This document shows, piece after piece, positions 12,206 through 26,349 of a DNA stretch of 64,000 bases. Numbering within the stretch: position 1 is the stretch's first letter; every line of letters begins with the position of its first letter. Made by a program: the position numbers and the translations under genes. This stretch comes from Octopus sinensis (lineage: Eukaryota), in the NCBI RefSeq assembly GCF_006345805.1, contig NC_043018.1, forward strand, positions 29,388,001-29,452,000. The letters run 5' to 3'. The notes beneath the pieces were generated by a model. The model made no database searches. It saw only the letters and a list, made by a program, of their open reading frames with translations, and was not told the DNA's origin.

Positions 12206-13412
12206 CATATACATATATAACATATATACATACATACGTTCAGACAGACAGATATACATACTTACATATATAAGTATGTATGTATGTGCCTGTGTGAAGC
12301 AGTGAACATGAGTATATGTGTATGTGTGTGTGTGTGTGTACGAATGTGTTTACATTGCCGGTGTCTGGACTATATCTCGGTCTTTGCCTGAGTGAGTCAA
12401 TAGAGATATTTGTTTATTTTCTTTAGGCAGGCAGGTGTAAGCGAGCATTTGCTTGTGTGTGTGTGTATGTGCGTGTGTTTGTGTGTCTGTGTATGTGCAC
12501 GCGCGCGTTTATAATCGTATGTGTGGGTGTCTACGTGTGTGTTTGCATGCCCGAGAGTCTATAAATGAATGAACAATTATTTATGTCTATCTAGGTACAT
12601 GTGAGCGTACGTGCGAGATATATGAGATGCCTCTAGATACTTCCTCATCATCCTCATCATGAAAATAAACAGCCGCCCCACCACCACCAACATCACCATT
12701 ACCGCTACCACCACCAGTACCGCCACCACCTCAATATCGTCACCATCATTATTGGTTTTTTTTTGTTAACCGTTTATTTCATCTGTCGTCTGCACTCAGT
12801 CAATTCCTTTAACGCTTCTCTGAACAGTATATACAAATGCAAACAATTGAAAACACGTATTTATTACTGCTATACTGCATGACACATCGAATGAGGGATA
12901 AAAACAGTGTCAGAACTAAACACTGCATTCCGCTATGGTGCTTGCCTAGCAACAATATCACAACAAATTTGTAACGCAAAATGGAGGAAAAAATATTTTA
13001 CTTTATCGATAGACAAAGCCACAATGAAACATGAATAATTTCTGTCTTTTTTACATCAGAAATATGGCTTCAAGATCTAGGAAGGTGTCAAATGAAAATG
13101 TATTTACGCTAGAGATGACTACAAGGTAAATAAAAATTAAATAAAACGTGGATATAAAGTCATAAAAATACTGAAGTAAAATAAAAAAAAAAAGTCTTGT
13201 AACTAATCCGAAGGGTTACATCTCATGCTTTTGTGATTCGTTGGTTACTTTTGTGTTCAATTTACACAATATGCACGAAAGAATGTTTGCGGAACGAATC
13301 TTTTACGGAAAGTGTGCGGTCAATGGAATGAATAGCAGTACTGTATACCGTTCTATACATACATACGAAGAAAGAAAGAGGCCTATCTATATATTTATTT
13401 ACATACATATGT

Positions 13413-13472
<60 letters not shown>

Positions 13473-13562
13473 TGTGCGAGAGCGCGTGTGGGAGTGTGTG
13501 AATATAGACATGGATACACTTATTCTTTTACGATACGTATACATGTCTATGTATACATACAT

Positions 13563-13607
<45 letters not shown>

Positions 13608-13867
13608 TATATATATAGTGGCTCATATATACTCACATACATATCTTTCTACCTATCATCTCTCTCTGTCTCTCTCTGTATACCATACACACACACACAC
13701 ACACTCACACACAAACACACAAATATATATATATAGGTTAGAAATTGCTCTGGCCCGATAACTGAGGAGGCGTTGGCGAATATCCATGTCGTTTGTTTGT
13801 GCATTTTTTTTCTTTAACTCACAATTTAATGCAACGCTTTGTAGACCAAAAAATTGGTTTAAAATTA

Positions 13868-13930
<63 letters not shown>

Positions 13931-14116
13931 GTGTGTGGTGTGTGTGTGTGTGTGTGTGTGTGTGTGGAGTTTAGAATTTATAGAAAAATCCAAGGGAATA
14001 ACCAGATAACTAAATGTTGCTTAAGTGTCCCAGGATTTAATCCTGGGATAGTAAGTCTTATGTTACACATGTAGCCTGGATTATCCTTGCTCCATGTCCT
14101 CATATATATATATATA

Positions 14117-14263
14117 AAACAATTGCAGCGTGGAAGGTGTTTGTAAGCCATTTAAGAAACACACAAAAGCCGTTCGATTCACTTTAACATTTAAGTTTAA
14201 TTTGTTAAAATATTTTCGTCGCTTTAAGACCGCGACCTGTTCACTGACAAAAATCCGTGCTGC
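14117..14263. repeat. Half of the fold-back repeat family seen at 11496-11671
   Basis: Reverse-complement similarity; ends at the palindrome centre ccgtgctgca. Confidence 0.7.
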
Positions 14264-14301
14264 ATCTCTCTCTATATATATATGTACATACATACATATA
14301 T

Positions 14302-14375
<74 letters not shown>

Positions 14376-14398
14376 AGCAACAAGGATATTCAGCGGTA

Positions 14399-14486
14399 AT
14401 GCAGTGCGATCGTTTCATGCGACTCCATTTAATTGAACATGGAAACATGAAACGAATTTTAAATGTAGAGCAATCTTCAGCTGCAT
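14399..14486 (-). ncRNA. Type I HHR with long stem II and a mutated cleavage triplet
   Basis: Minus strand: AUGCAG-CUGAAGA-uugc...gcau-GAAA-CGAUCG-CA-CUGCAU, with a perfect 6-bp stem I. Confidence 0.65.
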
Positions 14487-15119
14487 AAAAATATAGAATT
14501 GAATTTAGTTAAATTCGAAGGACTCATTTGTATAAATTTCTTTTTTACCCAAAATCACCAAAAGGATAAGTAGATAGACAAAGAACGTATTTTAGCAACA
14601 ACATCACAGTTGTAACTGAGATTTTTTCAAAAAAGACACTGCTTATCACTGATTATTTCTATTATTCAGATTTACTAGTGGGAGTGGTGGTAGCTTTAAT
14701 TTATAGACTAGTTTATCAAATCTAAGAGAAACTAGAGTCTATCTTTTATGGATATGGCAAAATAGATAGACAATTTAAGTGGCAGAGTCATAAATCAAGA
14801 TTTCTTTGAAGTAAAACCATTTGGTTCAATAAGAATATACTTCAGACAAGATTATAGCAGCAAAATTTGCAGGCTAATGCTTATGGAACAGGGAGAGTGA
14901 AATCATATAGTTTCAAACATTTACCTACTATAAAACAATGTTATTTGTGTATACACAGATATATTTTAGAGTTATTCTAAAGAGCACTAAGAAGAATATT
15001 ACTGAATACTTTCAGTTTTATCAAAAGATTTTACACAATTTTTGATAATACTGAAAGTATTCAGAAATATTCATTCACCCATGCATACCAGCCACCAACC
15101 TCCACCCCAGAGATCTTAT

Positions 15120-15314
15120 CTAAGAGAAAAGCAAAGGCCGATACGGCTTGTTTCCAATAACATCACAACTCATTTCTGCAGCTGAGTGAACTCCAGCAAT
15201 GGGGTATAAAGTGTTTTGCCCCAAAAGCATAACACATAGCCCGGTCTGGAAATCGAGCTCACAACCTCATGATTGAGAGCCCGACGCTCTAACCACTGGG
15301 CCATGTACCTTCGG
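15120..15314 (-). mobile_element. tRNA-derived SINE family D
   Basis: Minus strand: tggcccagtggttagagcg (A box), agctcgatttcc (B box), ggggcaaaacacttta core. Confidence 0.7.
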
Positions 15315-15655
15315 AATTGTGGTATTATATTGCGATATAGTGTTGTTTATTTGGTTAGCTTTCTATGTTGGTGAGGAATTTTGTGAAGCACGAAATTATT
15401 CTTCTTTGGTGATTTCTATCCAATTTTTAACTCGTGGACAATGATGCACTGTTTTGCAAAAACTCAACGTTGCAAGTGCATATTGAGACTTAGCGTGTGT
15501 GTTGCTCTCGTTTGTCCAATGTAACAGCTAGTATCCTGAAGTTCTCCAACATTCTGCTTTGCAGTGAAATTTATAGACCATATTTGTCATCCGAAGCAGC
15601 ATGAGTTCCTGCTCTTTTGTGATGAATAAAATCAGGATTCATACCACTATTGGTG

Positions 15656-15715
<60 letters not shown>

Positions 15716-15795
15716 CATATATACATTTATATATATACATATACACATTTATATATATATATATATATAATATATATATACATTATATGTATATA

Positions 15796-15833
<38 letters not shown>

Positions 15834-16499
15834 GCATACACACACATACGCATACATATGTATACTTCCATATGCGTGTCTATATATAAAGAATAAGAGA
15901 GAGACAGAAGACAGACAGACACAAATCGATTCAGACATGATTTTATATATACATATGTATGTGTCTATGTGTCGGATATATTGGCATTATGTGTAACTAA
16001 ATTACTAACTGGCTTTTCTATTGAATATCAACCGATTTTTGGCAACGTGTAAAATAAGCTTATTTCCTTCTCACCGTATATAAGTTTACCCGGGTACTTC
16101 TATGAAATATTTCGTTATTTCATTCAATAAGAATGTCCATCATCTGTAGAGACAAGGTATAATATAATAAACAACAGGGGTTAGACACTTTATTAACTAT
16201 TTGAAGTCTGTGACACGTAAACTAATTTACAGTACAATAGACAACAAAGATTAAAAAATGTTATTAGCTCACTGGTGCTGAAACCTAAACTTAAAATAAA
16301 ATAAAAAAGGAAATAAGAGAAAAGAGAAGCAGAATATTCTGTGTACACTGCGTCATTTTAGTTTATTGCAGTTGTCTGAATTTGAACAGCATTTTCAAAT
16401 GGAGAGAAAACATTACCGAAGCTACGTACTCAAAATTACTACAGATTTTGAAGCGGCAAGCTGGCATAAACCTTCAGCACGCCGGACAAAATACTTATT

Positions 16500-16870
16500 C
16501 GTCGACCCCAAAGCTCAACTGGTAATTATTTTATCGACCCCGGAAGGATGAAGAGCAAAGTCGACCGCAGAGGTATTTGGACTCAGAACGTAAAGACCGA
16601 CGAAATGGCGCTAAACGTTTTGTCCGGCGTGCTAACGATTCTGCCAGCTCGCAAAATTTATCGAGTCAGTTATTGATTTCAAGATTTGGACAGCAAGTTC
16701 TAGTCGTGGGTAAGTCGATTACATCGACCCCGGTGCTCAATAGATATTTATAGACTCCGAAAGAATGAAGGCAAATTCGACTATGGCAGAAATTAAACAC
16801 AAAACGTAGTTTGACGATATACGCTTAGGAATATGCCCAGCGTTGCTAACGATCCTGGCAACCCGCCATC
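16500..16870 (-). mobile_element. Two adjacent SINE family B copies
   Basis: tcgacccc...gatgaag.gcaaagtcgac...gctaacgattctgccagctcgc occurs twice. Confidence 0.75.
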
Positions 16871-17117
16871 TTCAAGTCAAATATTGCGATCGTTACCATG
16901 TTGTTTATCACATGTATATATATATATGCATGTTAATTTTTTATACTTATGCATGCTAATATACGACCTATGTTGGACTCCTCATTCGTAAAATCATCGA
17001 ACCTGGAACTTAACTATAGTCTGTCCATAGCACTTACTCAGCATTACCTGACACATTTGGGTCTTCTTGACAGCATTACCTCTCATAACACACACACACA
17101 CACACACATATATATAT

Positions 17118-17533
17118 TCTTTTACTTTTTTAAGTGATCTAACTGCAGCCTTGCTGGAGCACTGCTTTTTAGTCGAACAAATTGAATCCAGGGTTTATTC
17201 TTTGTAATGCTGGTACATATTCTATCAGGCTCATTTGTCAAGTCGTTAAGTTACGGGGAGGTAAAGAGGCCAACATCGGTTGTCACGCAATGATGGGGGG
17301 CAAACACAGACACAAAGACATAAACACACTCTTACTCTCTCTGTCACACACACACACACAAACGCACGTATATACATACGACTGGCTTCTTTCAGTTTCC
17401 ATCTACTAAATACACTCACAAGGTTTTGATCGACCCGAGGATATAATAGAAACACTCACTAAGGGGCCTCGCAGTGAGCCCGAAACCACGTGGTTGGGAA
17501 GCAAGCTTCTTACCACACAACCACTCTCGCGCC
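17118..17533 (-). mobile_element. SINE family A
   Basis: Full-length reverse copy. Confidence 0.88.
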
Positions 17534-17749
17534 TAAATCGATGTTATGTGATCAGGTGACATATGACTGGTTGGTGAGAACATTTTGCCAGTTGCTTGAA
17601 ATACACTTCGTAATCTAGAGTAGTAAGAAAATGAGTAGGTATAATAGTCTTTTTTTCAAGTCTTTTGAAGGATTTAGGAATTTTCTAGACGGTTTAGAGT
17701 TTCTGTACACCAGATCTTACGGCAGCACCTTGTCGCTAAAAGTTCTAAT

Positions 17750-18160
17750 GTAGGAGTGACTGTGTGGTAAGTAGCTTGCTTACCAACCACATGGTCCCGG
17801 GCTCCGTCCCACTGCATGGCACTTTGGGCAAGTGTCTTCTATAATAGCCTCGGGCCGACCAAAGCGTTGTGAGTGGATTTGGTAGACGGAAAGTGAAAGA
17901 AGCCCGTCGTATATATGTATATATATGTATATATATGTGTGTGTGTGTGTGTGTGTTTGTGTGTCTGTGTTTGTCCTCCCAACATCGCTTGACAACCGAT
18001 GCTAGTGTGTTTACGTCCCTGTAACTTAGCGGTTTGGCAAAAGAGATCGATAGAATTCCAAAGAATAAGTCCTTGGGTCGATTTGCTCGACTAAAGGTGG
18101 TGCTCCAGCATGGCCACAGTCAAATGACTGAAACAAGTAAAAAATGTAAAGAGTAAGAGT
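17750..18160 (+). mobile_element. SINE family A
   Basis: Full-length copy with internal (TA)/(TG) tract and a (gagtaa)n tail. Confidence 0.9.
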
Positions 18161-18175
18161 ATGTATATATATATA

Positions 18176-18403
18176 TGGCGGACTCATCTGTCAAGGACGA
18201 CGTGTAAGCGTTCAGCCTTTGCCGAACGGCCTGCACAAGGGATTTGTTTATAGTGATCAAGTGTTCGTGTCGCACATTAACTCACCCCCTCCATCAAATC
18301 TACGTTTCCTGAACAGGTGCATGGTGTACCACGAGTCGGGTGTCGTACTGGTCTTGCAATCGCGATTACAACTACATAACCACTAGGACAAGCGCCTTCA
18401 CAC
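18176..18403 (-). mobile_element. tRNA-headed SINE family E
   Basis: Minus head gtgtgaaggcgcttgtcctagtggtt. Shares tcactataaacaaatc..ttgtgca.g.cgttcggcaa with 46300-46597. Confidence 0.65.
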
Positions 18404-18439
18404 AATTACAGAAGCATGTATATATATATATATATATGC

Positions 18440-18665
18440 ATGTTTGGGCACAGGACGTCACCAACAGTAAACAACAGGAAATACGAAAACAACGAGAGAC
18501 GCAAATGGAAAACAGGACCAGTAATATAAAGAACGACCCTTCATCAGTTGTCGGCTGTGTATCTACTCCTCATTTCGATCATTCAACGGCAACTTCTAGA
18601 GTCTTCGAAGACAGTTGCTCCCATGAGTACCAAAGTAAGATTTTGGATTTATGGAAGGTCTAAGT
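18440..18665 (-). repeat. Probable Penelope-like pLTR fragment containing CUGAUGA
   Basis: Lies between microsatellites. The minus strand carries ccgacaaCTGATGAagggtcgttc. Confidence 0.4.
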
Positions 18666-18706
18666 TATACACACACACACACCACACACACATATTATAT
18701 ATATAT

Positions 18707-18740
<34 letters not shown>

Positions 18741-18988
18741 AGGGGTATCATACACAAATCATTATAAAAGTAAAAAGGCCATCCACATGTTATACATAAT
18801 ATATATACACCGTTGATAGGCCAGTTGTTGCGTTATCGTTATTCGTTCAGAGATAAGACCTCTTATACACGTACTATTATATCTCAGGCCAAATATTGTT
18901 GTAAAAGACTATTGATGGTGGAAATACATTAAGTATCTCTCCCCGTCTTCTCTTTGTCTCTTTCTTTCTCTCTCTTTCTTGTTATACA

Positions 18989-19072
<84 letters not shown>

Positions 19073-19076
<4 letters not shown>

Positions 19077-19668
19077 TAGTTTTATTTTTATAGCGTGCTT
19101 TCACTTCACTACCGAGTACAGCTCTGTGTGCCTTGGGTATGTGCTGTGATTTGTTGTGATGCTCTGATGTTATTGTATGGAAAGTGTTCTGCGTAGGATG
19201 TGTGCAGTGCCTAGTAGTGCAATTTTCTGAATGTTATATGTGTTTGTAAGCCCTGGTGTTTTTGTTATGTATTTGTCTGAATATTTTTTTTAACATGCCT
19301 AATGCACCTACTATGATAGGAATTGTTTCTGTTTTCAGATTCCACATTCTAGTTACCTCTATATTCCAGGTCTTTGTATTTTGAGAGTTTCTCCATTTCT
19401 TTTAGAGACACGTTGTCATCAGCCGGTATTGGTACATCATTAGAAAGCATTTTTTTTTCTTCATGATCTCTGACAACTATATCTGGTCTGTTGGCCTTAA
19501 TTTCTCTATCTGGTGTGTATCGGCATATCCCAGAGTATGGTTGCTTTCTCGTTTTCTGTGACCTTTTCTGGGTGTGCCTATACATCTTTTTTCTGTTGTT
19601 ATTCCATAATGTTGGCATAGCTTCCAATGTATGTAGGTTCCATCTCTGTCATGTCTGTGAATATATTC
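19073..19668 (-). mobile_element. R4/Dong-clade 3' fragment, family 1
   Basis: KEYIHRHD...IKANRPDIVVRDHEEKK...PADDNVSLKEMEKLSKYKDLE (PD-(D/E)xK endonuclease). Tail (TAA)n at 18990-19072. Confidence 0.92.
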
Positions 19669-19732
19669 CTTCTTCTTCTTCTTCTTCTTCTTCTCTTCTC
19701 TTCTTCTTCTTCTTCTTATTATTATTATATTA

Positions 19733-19765
<33 letters not shown>

Positions 19766-19786
19766 TTATTATATTATTATTATTAT

Positions 19787-19935
19787 TCAGTAGTTTTATT
19801 TTTATAGCGTGCTTTCACTTCACTACCGAGCGCAGCTCTGTGTGCCTTGGTATGTGCTGTGATTTGTTGTGATGCTCTGATGGTTATTGTATGGAAAGTG
19901 TTCTGCGTAGGATGTGTGCAGTGCCTAGTAGTGCA
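19787..19935 (-). mobile_element. R4/Dong family 1, short 3' fragment
   Basis: IALLGTAHILRRTLSIQ* plus UTR, embedded in (TAA)n on both sides. Confidence 0.9.
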
Positions 19936-20314
19936 ATTATTATTATTATTATTATTGTTATTATTATTATTATTATCATTATTATTATTATTATTATTAT
20001 TACACATTCTTTGTTTTGTCCTGTGCTGTCCATAATTTTTTTCTTAAGGTAAAGCTTTGTGGTTAATGAAGAAATCATTATTATTACTATCATCATTATT
20101 ATTAATATTATTTATATTAATATTATTATTGTTATTATTGTTGTATTACTTCCAAGAACGCTCGGTCATGTTTGCTCTGGTTGATTCTGTGAGAGCGGAC
20201 AACAGCCTGTTTTGAGGGTTCTCACTGGGTCTCTTGCGGCACATTATAAGCTTTGATAATTGGTTGTTAATTATCGTGGAAGACATTCAATACCCAAATT
20301 GTTTCTATTGTTGT

Positions 20315-20334
20315 TATTATTATTGTTATTGTTA

Positions 20335-20408
<74 letters not shown>
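20315..20408. repeat. (TTA)n microsatellite
   Basis: Read directly from the sequence. Confidence 0.95.
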
Positions 20409-21412
20409 TTGTTATTGTTATTAATATTATTAATATTTTGAAATTGTTGTGAAATATCATGCGGTGTAATGCGATTTAAAGTTTCGTACACTTCTTGCAC
20501 AAACCTCGCTCTTTCAGGCTCACTTAACGGAATATATATCTACACACACACACATATATATATATATACACACACATTTGTACTTGTAGGAACTATTTAT
20601 CGATCTCTGCCTGTCTGTCTTTCTGTTTTTTCCCCACATACACCCATATGTATATTTGTGTGTGTGTGTGTAGTGCATGTGTAATACATACATACATATG
20701 TGCCTATCTATATACATGCACCAATACATATGTTCATATGCATGCTCTCACAAAATATACACACACATTCATATGCATAATTGTGTGTCTGAATTCGTGT
20801 CTCAGTGTAATATATATGTTTATCTACAAGTAAACAAATTCATTCCGTTCATACGATATTACTTGATTGACTTTATAACCATTTCCAACATGATGTAGAC
20901 ACTTCTTCGCCAACCTTCTTTCAACCTCTGCTCTTTTTATCTATTTCACTATATGAAAGCTTATTTATTTGCATTGCTTGTTAATTCACAATGTATGCTG
21001 TTTCATTGATAACTCAATATAAATTGATAACAAGCTGATAACCCACAAGATCGTGTATACTTTCTGCTATTGGTAGCCGAGTCAAGTATTTGTTTGAGCA
21101 GAACAAGTGGAGGATGTCGCCAAGGGCTAAAAATCTTTCTAAAAAACAGGGAGAATTAGCAAGAATTAACATGTATATATTGACGCCAGTGTGAGACAGG
21201 AGACTGGGGTTGGCTGTATTTGCAATACTTTGTAATTATACATACTGTAGGTACTAATATACATCAATAACTTGATTCTTCATGTCTAACGGTCATACAG
21301 ATAATGCTCAGCTACGTTTTGAAAAGAATCGAAACAAACAAACACACACAGAAACACATATGCATACACATACATACACACATACACATACATACATACA
21401 TGTATGTGTGCG

Positions 21413-21462
<50 letters not shown>

Positions 21463-21685
21463 ATATATATATACAGAGATATATATGTATATATGTAGAA
21501 ACACACACACGCACTCACACATACACACACAAATGTATATAACTACAAACACACGCATACAAATATATATTAATATATACGCTTATATATACACATATAC
21601 ACACATATACATATTACTTAGTTTGATAGATACATTGATTGATTGATAGATACATACATATATATATAGAGAGAGGGAGAGACAT

Positions 21686-21734
<49 letters not shown>

Positions 21735-21763
21735 CATACATACATATATATACATACATAAGC

Positions 21764-21764
<1 letters not shown>

Positions 21765-21794
<30 letters not shown>

Positions 21795-21809
21795 TAGATA
21801 GATAGATAG

Positions 21810-21863
<54 letters not shown>

Positions 21864-21955
21864 TAGATAATAAATAGATAGATAGATGCATACATACATA
21901 CATACATACGTAGATAGATAGATAAATAAATAGATAGATAGATAGATAGATAGAT

Positions 21956-22022
<67 letters not shown>
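21765..22022. repeat. (AGAT)n array (also about 34930-34995, 40310-40523, 47044-47241)
   Basis: Read directly from the sequence. Confidence 0.95.
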
Positions 22023-22023
<1 letters not shown>

Positions 22024-22793
22024 ACAGACAGAGAAACACACAGGCGAATCTATGATTCTATGAATGATTTGGGGTACAAGACAACATCCGATTTATTTCT
22101 ATTGTTTATCTCAGAACAGAACGTTAGACACGATCACAATGCAACTGGTTTACTTAACAAGATATCTTACACATACACTTTAATTATTAACACAAAGGAA
22201 TTAATAGAATTAGTTCTACAACAACTGTACAATATCTTGCACTTGCATAAATGGTGCCATAGTGTTTATTAAATGCTGAATCGAGAATCGTATTAGTTCA
22301 ATACAGACAAATATATGTCCGTTATTGTACACAGGTCATCACTTACTTTAGTCAATACTAATTGACTGGTTAATGAGAAAGCGGTGAATGCTATAAATTG
22401 TTCCGTTTAATCTAATTTCACCCCCTCCCCACCCCCCACCCCCCACACACAGAGTAGACACACTGGATGAGGAAGATAGAATGGACAGGAAATTTTCTTT
22501 AACATAACGATCGTTTTGACATATTCAGCATGGCTCACTAGCGGGAAACTATACAAAGAACGATGGTGCGTTTCATGATACAGAAGCGTCTCGTCAGGTG
22601 ATGTAACCAAGTCTCTTGTTACATATGTAATGTTTCGCTCTTAACCTGAACATACACCGAGGAATTTCACACGTAGGTCAAGCGACGATTGTACAATTAC
22701 TTTAGATGTCGTCAGGTGGCCATAGGCAGTGGGTGTGCTTTGCCGGCATACTACTAGAGGCATACACGCGCAAATATATAATTTTTATTTCTT

Positions 22794-22839
<46 letters not shown>

Positions 22840-24184
22840 GCTTTAGTCATTTGACTGCGGGCATACTGCGTACTACCTTGAAGGGTTTAGTCGATATTTT
22901 TTGTAAGCTTAGTGCTTATTCTATCGGTCCCTTTTCCCGAACCGCTATGTTGCGGAGAAGTAAACACATCTCCGTTGTAAAACCTTGGTGGAGGACAGCC
23001 ACAGTCACAAAGATGCACACACACTCTCTCTATCACACACACACACATATGTATACATATACATACGACGGCCTTCTTTCAGTTGCATTTTTGTATACAA
23101 TCACTTTGAGGATATTTTTTCTATACTTATAGCAACACAAACAGCAATTTTCACATTCTGATGTTTTCGTTTATTTATTTGCAGAATAATTTATACAATA
23201 GTGATTAAAAAATATCGATTTTCACCCTCTTGAAATGAGTTTCGACGAGACCCATATCAGATACTACATCTTTTATGAATTCAAAAGTGGGTCTTTAGTA
23301 ATTGAAGCAGCATGAAACATTCTTTCTATCAATGAAGATGAAACTTCAAGTGTCCGGCCATGCCAACGATAGTTTCTGCAGTTTTCCTGAATATATTTAT
23401 CTCTCGAAAATACCGTTCAATAATTATTAACCCTAGTGCTATGGATTGCAGAATAAAGGAAAATATTTTAGCTATATTTAGTTATATAGAGTGAAGTTGA
23501 GAGGTGGAAGTCAACTGGGATCGTCTTTGCTTTTCTTCCTTCAACTATTTTAATCACTTATGTGCTCATGCGTTGGTCGATGCATGGCGCAGTCGAAATA
23601 TTGCAGTAGACTCGGTAGAGCAGCCACACTCAGAACATAGTTCCTTTATAGGTTTACCAATCGATGGTTTGCAGCCAAATACTATTGGGTCATCCCCTGT
23701 ATTATTACTAATAAGTGTTTCACTGAAGGACTTGGTTGGTGAATCTGTTTGTTGGGTGTGTGTCGACATGTTCAAAACAACTCGGTCCTTCAAGGGAAAA
23801 TGGAAAAATTTAACAATAGAGATTATAACCAGGCTGTTCCAACCGTGGCCATTGCATTATTTAAAGAGCTCTTATAGTAGTGTATTTCCAAGTATGTTCT
23901 TGCCCTTTCCAAATGGTACAAGAGCATATTTTGAGAGAGACCTGATTGGTACCAGTAATTTATTCGGCTATCAATGAATTATAAATGAAATTTATCCTCA
24001 CCAGACATAGTTCATTGTTTATCGTAAGTAGTACTTCATTAATGAAATGTATTTATGCTGACAGAAGAAATTAATATTGTATAAAATTACTATATATATA
24101 TATATATATATGTATATGGAGAATGAGAGAGATAAATATACACATATATATGTCCATATACGTGCGTGTGAATGTGTGTATATA

Positions 24185-24248
<64 letters not shown>

Positions 24249-24414
24249 GGTGCACGCACATGTTATAAGTATGTATTTATGTGTATGCGTTATGGGAAGC
24301 CTAAAATTTTAAATCACTTGACTGATATATATTATGTGTGCGTGTGCTAATCAGTGCTTACATATAAATATACATACATTCACAAGGCCTAAATGTGTGT
24401 ATACTTCCGTATAA

Positions 24415-24462
<48 letters not shown>

Positions 24463-24521
24463 GCATATATCTATCTATATTTATATGCATAAATACACAT
24501 CTATCTATCTATCTATCTGTC

Positions 24522-24569
<48 letters not shown>

Positions 24570-26276
24570 GTCATATGGCTAAATATATACGTATATGTAT
24601 AGATATATATGTAAATTGAATTTCTCCCATTAATTCTATAATATGGTCTCTGCTGGAGTGATGCAACAATATCTTAAAATACTTATAGTCCAGAGTACCC
24701 TTCTTTCTCTCCCTCCTAACCTCTCCCTCTTTCTCTATCTATCAATCTAACTATAGTCGTACTTTATTTCTCGTCACCGCACACACACACATACGTATAA
24801 GCGTAAACATTCACCACATACATGCATACATACATCATACATACATACATATATACATACATATATACAATACATATATATACATGCATACATATACACA
24901 CACATGTATATATACATACATACAAACATATATATATACATGCTTACGTAGACATATATATATATACATACAAACATATATACATATATACATACATACA
25001 TGTACATACATATACATACATATACCCATACACATATACATACACACATAGAAACACACATAGAAACACACACACACAAACATATATATATATATATATA
25101 TAAACATATATAAATGCCTGCATAACGCTTCATTCGATAATATTCCGTTAAAGAGTCCCTGTAGTATATTAGATATTGCACGGTTTACGATTTCATAGTG
25201 TCATTTCAATTAATCAAATCCACAGCGAGAACTTTCTGTTTGATAACACCACACCAACACCAACACCACCACCACCACCACCAACACCACCACCACCATC
25301 ACTACTACCACCACTACCATCACCACCACCAAGAACAACAAAAACTTCTAGTACATTTCTACTCTTAATACAAGGTCATAATGTATCAGGCCACAGATTT
25401 ATAGTTGATTAAATCAATCACGGTAATTGACTGGATGAAGTAGGAAGTAGGCCCAGGAGGGTATTCGATCGCAGAACGTAAAGTTACATAACTAAATCAC
25501 ACTAGATATCTCATCTCTTGCTCTGCCGATTCTAAAATTCCCTGGCTTTCATATTAATGATTATAATAAATATTTCTATGATAGACAAATGCTATAAAGT
25601 TTTCAGGAAATATGTAGTTAATTTGATTAGCCCCGGTGTTAAGCAGTTAGTTGCTTTACATGAAATAGACGAGAAGCAAGCATGAATCGAACGGGATTCG
25701 ATCTCGGAACGAAAAACGGAAACGGGCGTAATTTAATGCCAAACAGCATTTCAACAAGTCAGACTAATGAAATGTCATGTAACAGCAAGATCAATGACAT
25801 CAAGAACAATAATAACAATAATTCTTTCGAGTGGAAGCACAAGGCCTCAATTATGGGGGGAAGGGATAAAGTCGATTACATCGACCCCGGTGTGTGACTG
25901 GTATTTATTTAATGGGCCCTGAAAGGCTGAAAGGCAAAGTCGCGGAATTTGAACGTAGCGACAGCATACTAACGATGCTGCCAACTCGCTGCCTCAATAA
26001 TTATAATAATAATAAGAAGAATAAGTAAATGAAAGAGAGGAAGCAAATTTGACATTGGCGGGATTTGAACTTAGAACCTATACCAAGAAGAAATGCACAT
26101 AAACATTTTTGTTTGCTGCGGTAATGATCCTGCCGGTTCGCCACTAATTTCAGTTAGCCACAATATATGTTTATATATACGTATATGCATGAGCATACTC
26201 ACGCATACATACATACATACATACATACATACATACATGCATACACAATACATACATACATACATCCATACATACA

Positions 26277-26327
<51 letters not shown>

Positions 26328-26349
26328 CTATATATATATATATATAATA

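Noticed and set aside
13755-13795. CUGAGGA-ggcguuggc-GAAU...GUC HHR-like string
   Set aside because: It needs several corrections (GAAU, stem II, stem I) and cannot be distinguished from chance.
14520-15000. Possible L1/Tx1 ORF2 relic
   Set aside because: Only a vague resemblance; no diagnostic motif is readable.
22563-22606. Minus-strand CUGACGA...GAAACG
   Set aside because: Stems I and II do not pair convincingly and there is no UH site.
23300-23980. 157-aa ORF; possible MULE transposase relic (YFERDLIG, D.TFKCP-like pieces)
   Set aside because: Similarity is too fragmentary to call without a profile search.
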